Positions 51,915 through 64,000 of a stretch of DNA of 64,000 nucleotides are shown one piece after another; position 1 is the first letter of the stretch, and each line of letters starts with the position of its first letter. The stretch spans positions 199,580,001 to 199,644,000 of the forward strand of contig NC_058368.1 in NCBI RefSeq assembly GCF_018350175.1, given 5' to 3'. Made by a program: the position numbers and the translations under genes. This DNA comes from Felis catus. Its lineage: Eukaryota. Under the pieces are notes generated by a model that ran no database searches, was not told the origin of the DNA, and saw only the letters and a list, made by a program, of their open reading frames with translations.

Positions 51915-52590
51915 AAAGCTTGAGCTTTGGAATCCAACTGAACTTAAATCTTCTACTACTTATTTGACAAGTAACTTAGGGCACTTATTCTCACCCACAG
52001 TTTCCCTATCTATAAAATAAAGGTAATAGCTACCTCAAAATGTCATGAGGATTAAATAAAATAACACATGTATATTTGTTTCTTATGGCTGTTGTAAATA
52101 CTTACCACAAATTCGATGGCTTAGAGCAACAGAACTTTATTCTTTCTTGGATCTGGAGGCCAGTAGTTTGAAATCAGTATCACTGGACTGAAATCCAGGT
52201 ATCAGTATGGCTGCACTCCTTCCAGAGGCTCTGGAGGAGAATCCATTCCTTGTCTCTTCCAGCTCTTGGGGCTGCTGGCATTCTCTCGCTTTTGGCCACA
52301 TCCCTTCAATCTCTACTTTTATGGCCACGTTTGTTCTCATCTTCTGTATCATTTCCTTCTGCCTCTTTCTTATGAAGACACTTATGATTGCATTTAGGAC
52401 TCATCAGGATAATATTCCTATCACAAGGCCATTAATTTAATTTCATCTGCAAAGACCCCTCTTCCACATAAGGTAACATTTACAGGTTTCAGGTTTTGGG
52501 ATCTGATATCTTTAAGGAGTCATTATTCAACCTACTATAATATGTAAAAGATATATTGACACATTAGAGCCCCTCAATGTATGCTAATTC
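51915..52590 (+). mobile_element. MIR interrupted by MLT1D
   Basis: gagctttggaatc...cagtttccctatctataaaat...gaggattaaat | atgtaaa...ctcaatgtatg. Confidence 0.7.
52069..52539 (-). mobile_element. MaLR solo LTR (MLT1D-like)
   Basis: ttaccacaaa...ctggaggccag..tgaaatcagtatcactggactgaaatc...ggagaatccattccttgtctcttccagct...cattattcaacctac. Confidence 0.88.
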
Positions 52591-53564
52591 CAACCGTCCC
52601 TATGTTATGCTTTAGCTGGGCCATTAATGGGTCCTAGTCTCTATGATAAGACTTTGTACCTGCTGGCCTTTCTATTTCTAAGCAAAGGTTAGACAACTTT
52701 GGTCTCCCAGACAAGCCTGTCACTATAAAAATAAAAGGAACCCAAAGATTAATAGCTTTGTGTTAATGCAGGAAATAATTCTTGTTTATTTTGCTAATGT
52801 AGTCCAAACCATTAAGATTATTGTGTTGAGGACCCAGTGGTACATTTCAGAGAGGGCTTTTCTTCCACGTTTCATTTTATCAGGCATGGAAATGGGCTTT
52901 GTACATGATTAGAGTAGATATATATTGATCTTTGTTTCTCCAAGCATTACTCATTCTTCTTTTCCCATCAGTGTATAGAGAGAATAATCACTGCAAAGGT
53001 CAACTAGCACTTAGGAACAATTTAAGAGTCAAAGCACTAGGCCATGAGCTTTGGGATAATGCTCAAGTTTACACAGACTCATCAACTCTTACATTTATTT
53101 TGACAAAGAGACAAATATTTTCATAACTCACCAACCCTAAGTCAAGAGTGCAGACCACAAGGATTTAATAAAAAAAATATTTATTGCCCTGAAAAAAGTA
53201 AAAATTTGAATTCACTTACAAAATTACTATTAATGGAATAACAGAACAATTGGGTATCTAAAACAAATAATGACTAAAAGGATATATAATGTCAAGGATG
53301 TGACCTACTCCAGGTTCCAATAGTTGGCTTACTTGAAATTCTTTTACTTTGGCCACTGGGCCTAATTTTCCACATTAACAGTTTAAAAGTCATCTGTTTA
53401 CTCAAAACTGTGTCCCCCAGTACATTTATTGCCAGTGTATTTATGCCATATTGGTAGTCATCTTTATCACTCCCTTTTTTTCTTTTACTCAGATTATATC
53501 AATAAATATGTCTTAGGTATCTTCATGTGCTAGAGACATTAAGCTTGCCTCCAAGGAACTTTTA

Positions 53565-54096
53565 TTCTTAGCCTGAGTTTCCCCCCAAAAATCTGCGATA
53601 AGGACTAGAGGACAAGTAGTTTATGTGAGCAGTTGATCCCAAGGAACAGGAGTGTTGTATCACAAAGTTAAGATAGGAACTGAGGGAATACAAGTCTAAG
53701 AGTTTTGATCAAGCTGGTTACTGCTCTGGGCAATTGAGACTCAATCTTTGTTGGGACTCCCTAGGAGTTCATGAAGAATGTGCCTTGGAATTTTTGGCTT
53801 GGGAGACAAGAAAAGGGAATATTTGTTCATTGGTTCCTGTCCCCCACTGGTCAAGGGTTCCTTGTGCTTCCAGGTTTGTTCATGCTTCAGAATGTCTGAC
53901 TGGCTTCCTACAGCAGGGATCCCAAATGATGGTGGTAGAAAGGCACTGGGGAAGAAAATGAGAGAGTTAGTGTGCTTAGCTGAGATGAATGAGGTGCTTC
54001 CATGTTACACTGGCAATAGATGATGGCTGCACCAGTGTCTGGACTGAAAAGAAAGGCCATGAAATGTGAGGCTAGACACTATGCCCAATATCCACA
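53565..54096 (-). mobile_element. LTR33-like ERVL solo LTR
   Basis: aaggact...gtagtttatgtgagcagttgatcccaaggaacaggagtg motif. Confidence 0.65.
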
Positions 54097-54284
54097 TAGC
54101 TGAGAATGCAAAAGCATGTGACAGCTAGGAACACAATATTACAGCTGATGCAGAAATTATTGTCAAAGGAGTAATAGAGATGGAAAGTATATTTAGGAGT
54201 TTATTGTACAGTTTTTTCAGGACTGCATATTCACAAAACTTTTAAAAAGGGTGGGTTTCAATCTAGGTCTTGAAGGAGGAGTAA

Positions 54285-54840
54285 CATAGTGGACATCAGT
54301 TGTGTTTGCCGCTCAGCATCCACTTGCCCTTCCTCTGGTAATCAAATAAAGTTCCTTCTAAACAATGATTCCTGGGGTGCCTGGGTAGTTCAGTCAGTTA
54401 AGCATTGGACATCAGCTCAGGTCATGATCTTGTGGTTTGTGAGTTCAAGCCCTGCATCAAGGCTCTGTGCTGACAGCTCAGAGCCTGAAGCCTGCTTCAG
54501 ATTCTGTCTCCTTCTCTCTCTCTGTTCTCCCCACTCTGTCTCTCTCTAAAATATAATAAACATTAAAAAATTAAAAAAAAATAACTCCTCCTTTACCCTT
54601 AGCCCATGTGCTTTGGCTTCCTCTCGCCCAGGGGTGGAGCATATGACAGGAGCCTATGTAAATCAGAGCATCGTGCTCCCTGGCCATTGGGATTGAATAT
54701 GAGAGCAGTTACAATGAAGTGAGACTTGTCCTGAAATTTCTGGGGGAAAAAAAAGATTTGTTCTTATTTGCTGGATTTAAAGTTAAAATAATGCAAGGTA
54801 TAGACTTTTGATATCTTGTAGTTCTGTCATGTGGAAGAAA
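54285..54840 (+). mobile_element. Very old MaLR LTR (MLT1K-like) interrupted by a SINE
   Basis: ctcagcatccac..cccttcctctggtaa | agcccatgtg...aatcagagcatc...ccctggcca. Confidence 0.55.
54375..54578 (+). mobile_element. CanSINE
   Basis: ggggtgcctgggtagttcag head; decayed TSD aatgattcct/aataactcct. Confidence 0.94.
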
Positions 54841-56051
54841 AGTACAGTAAAACTACAGTATTTTTCTTTATATGCCTACACTGACCTTATAAATTTGTTG
54901 TTGGCTATTTATGAAAACTGTGAAGGTTGCAATGTCAACAAAGAGTCTAAACCAGACTATCTCTGAAGGACCTACAGTTCCAAGCAAGACAAAAAAAGTA
55001 AAGATGAATTTGCAGAAAGAAAAAAAAAATTAACCTGGATGCCAGGAAAATCTCTAGACAATGAGATGGTTACTTATTTATTTATTATATTTACTGGATT
55101 TGCCCATACTTATTAGCTTATGTCTAGCACAGTTGTGCATCAAACATCTAAAAGGTTGAATGAATGGCCATGTCTCACATTATAGCTCACGGTCTATAGT
55201 AAACATAAAAAGTGAGCTCAAGATGCAAATACAATTTCAAATAAAGCCAAACCAAAGCCCTAGGAAGGAAATTGTCTGTGGCTGTGCTGATTAAGATGCT
55301 GAGTGAAAGGCAGCCCCATCAAGCTCACTGTAATTTCAGATTCTGAATATGAACTGGAAATGCAGCCACTTTTGTATTCAGACATTATGTTTTCATCCGA
55401 GTTACCTAAACAGTTAGTAAGCCATGACCACATGTCTACACAATCCTGGCCCATGTCCTCTATAATAGACTTTACTCTTAATATGCTAGGAATTATTGAA
55501 ATCACATGAGCAGCCATTTGTGCTGATCACATTTATAGTCTGTATCTTATGGAAAACCCATATGGGATGGTCATTATTCTTGCTGGAAGTCATATTAGAA
55601 GTAGGACTATTACATTTATATATCTACAGAGTAGAAGTTAAATTAGAAGATTGAAGCTATTACCTTGGATCCACAACCTTGGGACAATCTGGTTTGAAGG
55701 TCTAAACTGTCCAAATCAATCCCTATCCATCTTTTCTTTACCCATGTTAGGTCTTTATGTATATCTGAAATAAATTAATGATGTAAAATGTAAATCTTCT
55801 TTCAGTAGCAGAAATTGACATTGTGTCCAAGGACTGAGTAACACATTTAACATTTAATTTCTGTTATGTTTTACAATTAGATGATAAAGAAGCTATTTTA
55901 GAGATAATATCTTTGATCCCCAAACCTGATGTACAATCATCTAATGTATCTCCAGTTATACCAGTGTGAACGAGAAATGATTTCTGCAACAGAGTAAAAT
56001 TTTATTTTATTTCATTTTTAAAATTTTATTTTTTAAAAAGGAATGCCATGC

Positions 56052-56266
56052 CGGGTGCCTGGGTGGCTCAGTCGGTTTAGCGTCCGACTTCGGCTCAGGT
56101 CATGATCTCACAGTTCATGAGTTCGAGCCCCACATCGGGCTCTGTGCTGACAGCTCAGAGCCTGGAGCCTGCTTCAAATTCTATGTCTTCCTCCCTCTCT
56201 GCTCCTCCCCTGCTCATGCTCTGTCTCTCCTTCAAAAATAAATAAAAACATTAAAAAAAATTTTTT
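56052..56266 (+). mobile_element. CanSINE
   Basis: Full SINEC; TSD aaaaaggaa(tg/ca)ccatgc. Confidence 0.96.
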
Positions 56267-57372
56267 TAAAAAGGAACACCATGCAATATTTGGCATAAAA
56301 ATTGTAGGCGGTCACAAGATCAAATAACATGCCTCCCTCTAACAGAACAAAGAATCATGCCCTGTACTAATGAGGAGGTGGCTTGATTAAACAAAAATAT
56401 TTGGGTTTATTTTGGATTGGTTTAGGTTCTCAGGAATACCATGTTAACATAGGGAGTCATTTTGAAGATGATTTGGGTATGTGAAATTGCTCACTGAATA
56501 CCTTAAACCTCTTCTGATGGGACATTTCACTACATCTGAGACAAGTTTGATTTTATTAAACTCCCGAGTCCCGTGTTTGGCCACATTGACCTGAGAGCAT
56601 GATTAGAGTTAGAAAAGCAACTCTGTAAAAGCTGTCACCTTTCTACTGAACCATATCTGCGGCTCCCCATGTGTCTCTGGATCACATCTGTTTACTGAGA
56701 GGTCCAACCAATGTCCTCATTCACTCACATGCAACATCGGTGAGGGTTGCGTGTGTGTTCTGCCAGTATATGTTGGCCCCAAACACAAGTTGTACTACTG
56801 TTAGCCTTGAAGTCAATACAAAAGTGGCCTGGATTCTATCTACTCAACTCTGTACATCAAAATAACTCCTATCCAAGTTCCTATCCCTGCAGCTTTACCT
56901 TCATGTTGGTAGAAAAAAACAAATACTGCATTAGAATTTTATTTTCAGATCTCAGGGCTATTTTAAGCTTGCTGAAATAATAAAGTTAGTATTTCTAGCA
57001 AAGTAAGCTCTTTTGGCAGAGAAGTTAAAATTTATTAGGTAAAATTAAAAGTCTTTCTTTCTCCAGAAGTGTATAAAGGTACATTTCTTCATAATTTATT
57101 TTCCCCACCAGCCCTTGAGACCCACAAATAGAGATAATTTATTTTTTTTTAATATATGAAATTTATTGTCAAATTGGTTTCCATACAACACCCAGTGCTC
57201 ATCCCAAAAGATGCCCTCCTCAATACCCATCACCCACCCTCCCCTCCCTCCCACCCCCCATCAACCCTCAGTTTGTTCTCAGTTTTTAACAGTCTCTTAT
57301 GCTTTGGCTCTCTCCCACTCTAACCTCTTTTTTTTTTTCCTTCCCCTCCCCCATGGGTTTCTGTTAAGTTTC

Positions 57373-60300
57373 TCAGGATCCACATAAGAATGAAACCATG
57401 TGGTATCTGTCTTTCTCTGTATGGCTTATTTCACTTAGCATCACACTCTCCAGTTCCATCCACGTTGCTACAGAAGGCCATATTTCATTTTTTCTCATTG
57501 CCACGTAGTATTCCATTGTGTATATAAACCACAATTTCTTTATCCATTCATCAGTTGATGGACATTTAGGCTCTTTCCATAATTTGGCTATTGTTGAGAG
57601 TGCTGCTATAAACATTGGGGTACAAGTGCCCCTATGCATCAGTACTCCTGTATCCCTTGGATAAATTCCTAGCAGTGCTATTGCTGGGTCATAGGGTAGG
57701 TCTATTTTTAATTTTCTGAGGAACCTCCACACTGCTTTCCAGAGCGGCTGTACCAATTTGCATTCCCACCAACAGTGCAAGAGGGTTCCCATTTCTCCAC
57801 ATCCTCTCCAGCTCTATAGTCTCCTGATTTGTTCATTTTGGCCACTCTGACTGGCGTGAGGTGATATCTGAGTGTGGTTTTGATTTGTATTTCCCTGATA
57901 AGGAGCGACGTTGAACATCTTTTCATGTGCCTGTTGGCCATCCGGATGTCTTCTTTAGAGAAGTGTCTATTCATGTTTTCTGCCCATTTCTTCACTGGGT
58001 TATTTGTTTTTCGGGTGTGGAGTTTGGTGAGCTCTTTATAGATTTTGGATACTAGCCCTTTGTCCGAGATGTCATTTGCCAATATCTTTTCCCATTCCGT
58101 TGGTTGCCTTTTAGTTTTGTTGATTGTTTCCTTTGCTGTGCAGAAGCTTTTTATCTTCATAAGGTCCCAGTAATTCACTTTTGCTCTTAATTCCCTTGCC
58201 TTTGGGGATGTGTCGAGTAAGAGATTGCTCCGGCTGAGGTCAGAGAGGTCTTTTCCTGCCTTCTCCTCTAGTGTTTTGATGGTTTCCTGTCTCACATTCA
58301 GGTCCTTTATCCATTTTGAGTTTATTTTTGTGAATGGTGTGAGAAAGTGGTCTAGTTTCAACCTTCTGCATGTTGCTGTCCAGTTCTCCCAGCACCATTT
58401 GTTAAAGAGACTGTCTTTTTTCCATTGGTTATTCTTTCCTGCTTTGTCAAAGATGAGTTGGCCATACGTTTGTGGGTCTAGTTCTGGGGTTTCTCTTCTA
58501 TTCCATTGGTCTATGTGTCTGTTTTTGTGCCAATACCATGCTGTCTTGATGATTACAGCTTTGTAGTAGAGGCTAAAGTCTGGGATTGTGATGCCTCCTG
58601 CTTTGGTCTTCTTCAAATTACTTTGGCTATTCGGGGCCTTTTGTGGTTCCATATGAATTTTAGGATTGCTTGTTCTAGTTTCGAGAAGAATGCTGGTGCA
58701 ATTTTGATTGGGATTGCATTGAATGTGTAGATAGCTTTGGGTAGTATTGACATTTTGACAATATTTATTCTTCCAACCCATGAGCACAGAATGTCTTTCC
58801 ATTTCTTTAAATCTTCTTCAATTACCTTCATAAGTTTTCTATAGTTTTCAGCATACAGATCTTTTACATCTTTGGTTAGATTTATTCCTAGGTATTTTAT
58901 GCTTCTTGGTGCAATTGTGAATGGGATCAGTTTCTTTATTTGTCTTTCTGTTGCTTCATTGTTAGTGTATAAGAATGCAACTGATTTCTGTACATTGATT
59001 TTGTATCCTGCAACTTTGCTGAATTCATGTATCAGTTCTAGCAGGCTTTTGGTGGAGTCTATTGGATTTTCCATGTCTAATATCATGTCATCTGCAAAGG
59101 GTGAAAGCTTGACTTCATCTTTGCCAATTTTGATGCCTTTGATTTCCTTTTGTTGTCTGATTGCTGATGCTAGAACTTCCAGCACTATGTTAAACAACAG
59201 CGGTGAGAGTGGGCATCCCTGTCGTGTTCCTGATCTCAGGGAAAAAGCTCTCAGTTTTTCCCCGTTGAGGATGATGTTAGCTGTGGGCTTTTCATAAATG
59301 GATTTTATGATCTTTAAGTATGTTCCTTCCATCCCGACTTTCTCAAGGGTTTTTATTAAGAAAGGGTGCTGGATTTTGTCAAAGCCCTTTTCTGCATCGA
59401 TTGACAGGATCATATGGTTCTTCTCTTTTTTTTTTTTGTTAATGTGATGTATCACGTTGATTGATTTGCGAATGTTGAACCAGCCCTGCAGCCCAGGAAT
59501 GAATCCCACTTGGTCATGGTGAATAATTCTTTTTATATGCCGTTGAATTCGATTTGCTAGTATATTATTGAGAATTTTTGCATCCATATTCATCAGGGAT
59601 ATTGGCCTGTAGTTCTCTTTTTTTACTGGGTCTCTGTCTGGTTTAGGAATCAAAGTAATACTGGCTTCATAGAATGAGTCTGGAAGTTTTCCTTCCCCTT
59701 CTATTTCTTGGAATACCTTGAGAAGGATAGGTATTATCTCTGCTTTAAACGTCTGGTAGAACTCCCCTGGGAAGCCATCTGGTCCTGGACTCTTATTTCT
59801 TGGGAGATTTTTGATAACCGATTCAATTTCTTCACTGGTTATGGGTCTGTTCAAGCTTTCTATTTCCTCCTGATTGAGTTTGGAAGAGTGTGGGTGTTTA
59901 GGAATTTGTCCATTTCTTCCAGGTTGTCCAATTTGTTGGCATATAACTTTTCATAGTATTCCCTGATAATCGTTTGTATCTCTGAGGGATTGGTTGTAAT
60001 CATTCCATTTTCATTCATGATTTTATCTATTTGGGTCATCTCCCTTTTCTTTTTGAGAAGCCTGGCTAGAGGTTTGTCAATTTTGTTTATTTTTTCAAAA
60101 AACCAACTCTTGGTTTCGTTGATCTGCTCTACAGTTTTTTTAGATTCTATATTGTTTATTTCTGCTCTGATCTTTATTATTTCTCTTCTGCTGGGTTTAG
60201 GCTGCCTTTGCTGTTCTGCTTCTATTTCCTTTAGGTGTGCTGTTAGATTTTGTATTTGGGATTTTTCTTGTTTCTTGAGATAGGCCTGGATTGCAATATA

Positions 60301-61191
60301 TTTTCCTCTCAGGACTGCCTTCGCTGCGTCCCAAAGCTTTTGGATTGTTGTATTTTCATTTTCGTTTGTTTCCATATATTTTTTAATTTCTTCTCTAATT
60401 GCCTGGTTGACCCACTCATTCGTTAATAGGGTGTTCTTTAACTTCCATGCTTTTGGAGGTTTTCCAGACTTTTTTCTGTGGTTGATTTCAAGCTTCATAG
60501 CATTGTGGTCTGAAAGTATGCATGGTATAATTTCAATTCTTGTAAACTTATGAAGGGCTGTTTTGTGACCCAGTATATGATCTATCTTGGAGAATGTTCC
60601 ATGTGCACTTGAGAAGAAAGTATATTCTGTTGCTTTGGGATGCAGAGTTCTAAATATATCTGTCAAGTCCATCTGATCCAATGTATCATTCAGGGCCCTT
60701 GTTTCTTTATTGACCGTGTGTCTAGATGATCTATCCATTGTTGTGAGTGGGGTGTTAAAGTCCCCTGCAATTACCACATTCTTATCAATAAGGTTGCTTA
60801 TGTTTGTGAGTAATTGTTTTATATATTTGGGGGCTCCGGTATTCGGCGCATAGACATTTATAATTGTTAGTTCTTCCTGATGGATAGACCCTGTAATTAT
60901 TATATAATGCCCTTCTTCATCTCTTGTTACAGCCTTTAATTTAAAGTCTAGTTTGTCTGATATAAGTATGGCTACTCCAGCTTTCTTTTGGCTTCCAGTC
61001 GCATGATAAATAGTTCTCCATCCCCTCACTCTCAATCTAAAGGTGTCCTCAGGTCTAAAATGAGTCTCTTGTAGACAGCAAATAGATGGGTCTTGTTTTT
61101 TTATCCATTCTGATACCCTATGTCTTTTGGTTGGCGCATTTAATCCATTTACGTTCAGTGTTATTATAGAAAGATACAGGTTTACAGTCAT
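57373..61191 (-). pseudogene. L1 ORF2p (APE endonuclease, RT, C-terminal), three frameshifts
   Basis: [58 protein letters not shown] across four ORF-track segments. Confidence 0.96.
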
Positions 61192-61241
61192 TGTGATGTC
61201 TGTATGTTTTATGCTTGTAGTGATGTCTCTGGTACTTTGTC

Positions 61242-62133
61242 TCACAGGGTCCCCCTTAGGATCTCTTGTAGGGCTGGTTTAGTGGTGACAAATTCCTTGA
61301 GTTTTTGTTTGTTTGGGAAGACCTTTATCTCTCCTTCTATTCTAAATGACAGACTTTCTGGATAAAGGATTCTCAGCTGCATATTTTTTCTGTTTAGCAC
61401 ATTGAAGATCTCGTGCCAATTCTTTCTGGCCTGCCAAGTTTCAAAAGAGAGATCAGTCAGGAGTCTTATAGGTCTCCCTTTATATGCGAGGGCATGTTTA
61501 TCCCTTGCTGCTTTCAGAATTTTCTCTTTATCCTTGTATTTTGCCAGTTTCACTATGATATGTCGTGCAGAAGATCGATTCAAGTTACGTCTGAAGGGAG
61601 TTCTCTGTGCCTCTTGGATTTCAATGCCTTTTTCCTTCCCCAGTTCAGGGAAGTTCTCAGCTATAATTTCTTCAAGTACCCCTTCAGCACCTTTCCCTCT
61701 CTCTTCCTCCTCTGGGATACCAATTATGCGTATATTATTTCTTTTTAGTGTATCACTTAGTTCTCTAATTTTCCCCTCATACTCCTGGATTTTTTATCTC
61801 TCTTTCTCTCAGCTTCCTCTTTTTCCATAACTTTATCTTCTAGTTCACCTATTCTCTCCTCTGCCTCTTCAATCCGAGCTGTCGTCGTTTCCATTTTGTT
61901 TTGCATTTCATTTAAAGCGCTTTTCAGCTCCTCGTGACTGTTCCTTAGTCCCTTGATCTCTGTAGCAAGAGATTCTCTGCTGTCCTCTATATTGTTTTCA
62001 AGCCCAGCGATTAATTTTATGGATATTATTCTAAATTCACTTTCTGTTATATTATTTAAATCCTTTTTGATCAGCTCATTAGCTGTTGTTATTTCCTGGA
62101 GATTCTTCTGAGGAGAATTTTATGCTTGGTCAT
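61242..62133 (-). pseudogene. L1 ORF1p, two frameshifts
   Basis: Manual translation gives a coiled coil, NIRIIGIPEEEE, ENFPEL, RHIIVKL and [12 protein letters not shown], with 1-bp losses near 62120 and 61792. Confidence 0.93.
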
Positions 62134-62739
62134 TTTGGATAGTCCCTGGAGTGGTGAGGACCTGCAGGGCACTTCCCCTGTGCTGTGGTGTATAACTGGA
62201 GTTGGTGGGTGGGGCCGCAGTCCGACATGATGTCTGCCCCCAGCCCACCGCTGGGGCCACAGTCAGACTGGTGTGTGCCTTCTCTTCCCCTCTCCTAGAG
62301 GCGGGATTTGCTGTGGGGTGGCGTGGCCCGTCTGGGCTACTTGCACACTGCCAGGCTCGTGATGCTGGGGATCTGGCGTATTTGCTGGGGTGGGTAGGCA
62401 AGGTGCACAGGGGCAGGAGGGACAGGCTTAGCTCGCTTCTCCTTAGGTGATCCACTTCAGGAGGGGCTCTGTGGCAGTGGGAGGGAGTCAGATCCGCTGC
62501 CGGAGGTTTGGCTCCGCAGAAGCACAGAGTTGGGTGTTTGCACAGAGCGAGCAAGTTCCCTGGCAGGAACTGGTTCCCTTTGGGATTTTGGCTGGGGAAT
62601 GGGCAGGGGAGATGGCGCTGGCAAGCGCCTTTGTTCCCCGCCAAACTGAGCTCTGTCATCCGGGGGCTCAGCAGCTCTCCCCCCTTTGTTCTCCAGCCTT
62701 CCTGCTTTCTGAGCAGAGCTGTTAACTTATGACCTCCCA

Positions 62740-63062
62740 GACGCTAAGTCGCGCTTGCTGTCAGAACACAGTCCCTCAGGCCCTTCCGCTTTTGCCAGCC
62801 AGACTCGGGGGCTCTGCTTGGCCGGCTAGCCGTCCCTCCGCCCCTGCTCCCTCCTGCCAGTCCGTGGAGCGCGCACCGCCTCGCCGTCCTTCCTACCCTC
62901 TTCTGTGGGCCTCTCATCTGCACTTGGCTCCGGAGACTCCGTTCTGCTAATCCTCTGGCGGTCTTCTGGGTTATTTAGGCAGGTGTAGGTGGAATCTAAG
63001 TGATCAGCAGGACGCGCGGTGAGCCCAGCGTCCTCCTACGCCGCCATCTTCCCTCTCTCCTC
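62740..63062 (-). promoter_or_regulatory. L1 internal Pol II promoter, CpG-rich, with YY1-type site
   Basis: aagatggcgg at 63041-63050 (minus) near the element start; many intact CpGs. Confidence 0.75.
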
Positions 63063-63189
63063 GCCAAAATAATTTCTAAAAGAAAATACTCCAGAGTAAT
63101 TAACAGGCGTTATCTACCCAAGGAATGGAACAAATAGGAAGTTCAGGTTCTAAGGAGCTGCCTTGTTTGTGCCAGTGGCCCCACGCTAG

Positions 63190-63414
<225 letters not shown>

Positions 63415-63499
63415 TGATGCCTGCACTGACGCAGTGGTGAGATACTGGGGAGAGAGCGAGTTAATTTTTTTTAAAGAGGAGTTAAAAAAGTAAGTGTGA

Positions 63500-63729
63500 G
63501 GGGCGCCTGGGTGGCGCAGTCGGTTAAGCGTCCGACTTCATCCAGGTCACGATCTCGCGGTCCGTGAGTTCGAGCCCCGCGTCGGGCTCTGGGCTGATGG
63601 CTCGGAGCCTGGAGCCTGTTTCCGATTCTGTGTCTCCGTCTCTCTCTGCCCTTCCCCCGTTCATGCTCTGTCTCTCTCTGTCCCAAATATATAAAAAAAA
63701 ATAAAACGTTGAAAAAAAAATTAAAAAAA
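63500..63729 (+). mobile_element. Young CanSINE (SINEC_Fc-type)
   Basis: CpG-rich; TSD aaaaaagtaa(g/a)tgtga. Confidence 0.97.
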
Positions 63730-63965
63730 AAAAAAGTAAATGTGAGATATTGCCTTATATAATTTCAGCACATTATAGATAAAGAATATAGTGTGTTCGA
63801 ATGATGGTACATACAGAATCCTACCCTTATTTACAAATAAATAGTTTTGCTTAATGTGCTTGCTTTATGATAGCTAAAAATAAGATCATGCCTTTTCCTT
63901 TTAAGACTGGCATAAATTTTCTCTGCTTTGGTAACTTTGTCTAGTTTTAAAAAAGGATATCAACA

Positions 63966-64000
63966 GGGGCACCTGGGTGGCTCAGTCGGTTGAGCGGCCG
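63966..64000 (+). mobile_element. 5' start of a CanSINE, cut by the window edge
   Basis: ggggcacctgggtggctcagtcggttgagcggccg. Confidence 0.9.

Larger units (their letters stand above)
57141..63062 (-). mobile_element. Young full-length felid L1 (~5.9 kb)
   Basis: CpG-rich 5'UTR, ORF1, 50-bp spacer, ORF2 with EN/RT/CCHC, G-rich 3'UTR, A tail; only a short possible TSD ataattt. Confidence 0.98.

Noticed and set aside
55260..55517. Overlapping 85-aa and 68-aa ORFs in unique DNA
   Set aside because: No recognisable homology or convincing splice signals; the lengths are expected by chance.
58210..61830. Plus-strand ORFs of 70-140 aa
   Set aside because: They are antisense shadows of L1 ORF1/ORF2.

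Overview
This is mammalian nuclear DNA from a felid, most likely Felis: it carries the CpG-rich SINEC_Fc-type CanSINE and felid-type L1s. It is repeat-rich intergenic or intronic sequence in which I recognise no host protein-coding exon or RNA gene. Three long minus-strand LINE-1s dominate: (i) a 3.6-kb copy with both ends and a perfect TSD but a ~2.35-kb microhomology-bounded ORF2 deletion (half-L1-like); (ii) an older full-length 7-kb copy with an unrelated 5'UTR and two nested insertions; (iii) a young 5.9-kb copy whose ORFs have no nonsense codons, only five 1-bp deletions. The rest is 13 CanSINEs, about a dozen truncated L1 pieces, ancient MIR/L2, ERVL/MaLR LTRs, DNA-transposon fossils and microsatellites. 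Family names are from recalled consensus sequences, not a database search. I see no convincing new biological system. The best leads are the half-L1-like element, an orphan L1 5' end inserted without a tail, and an ancient locally templated insertion inside an LTR.
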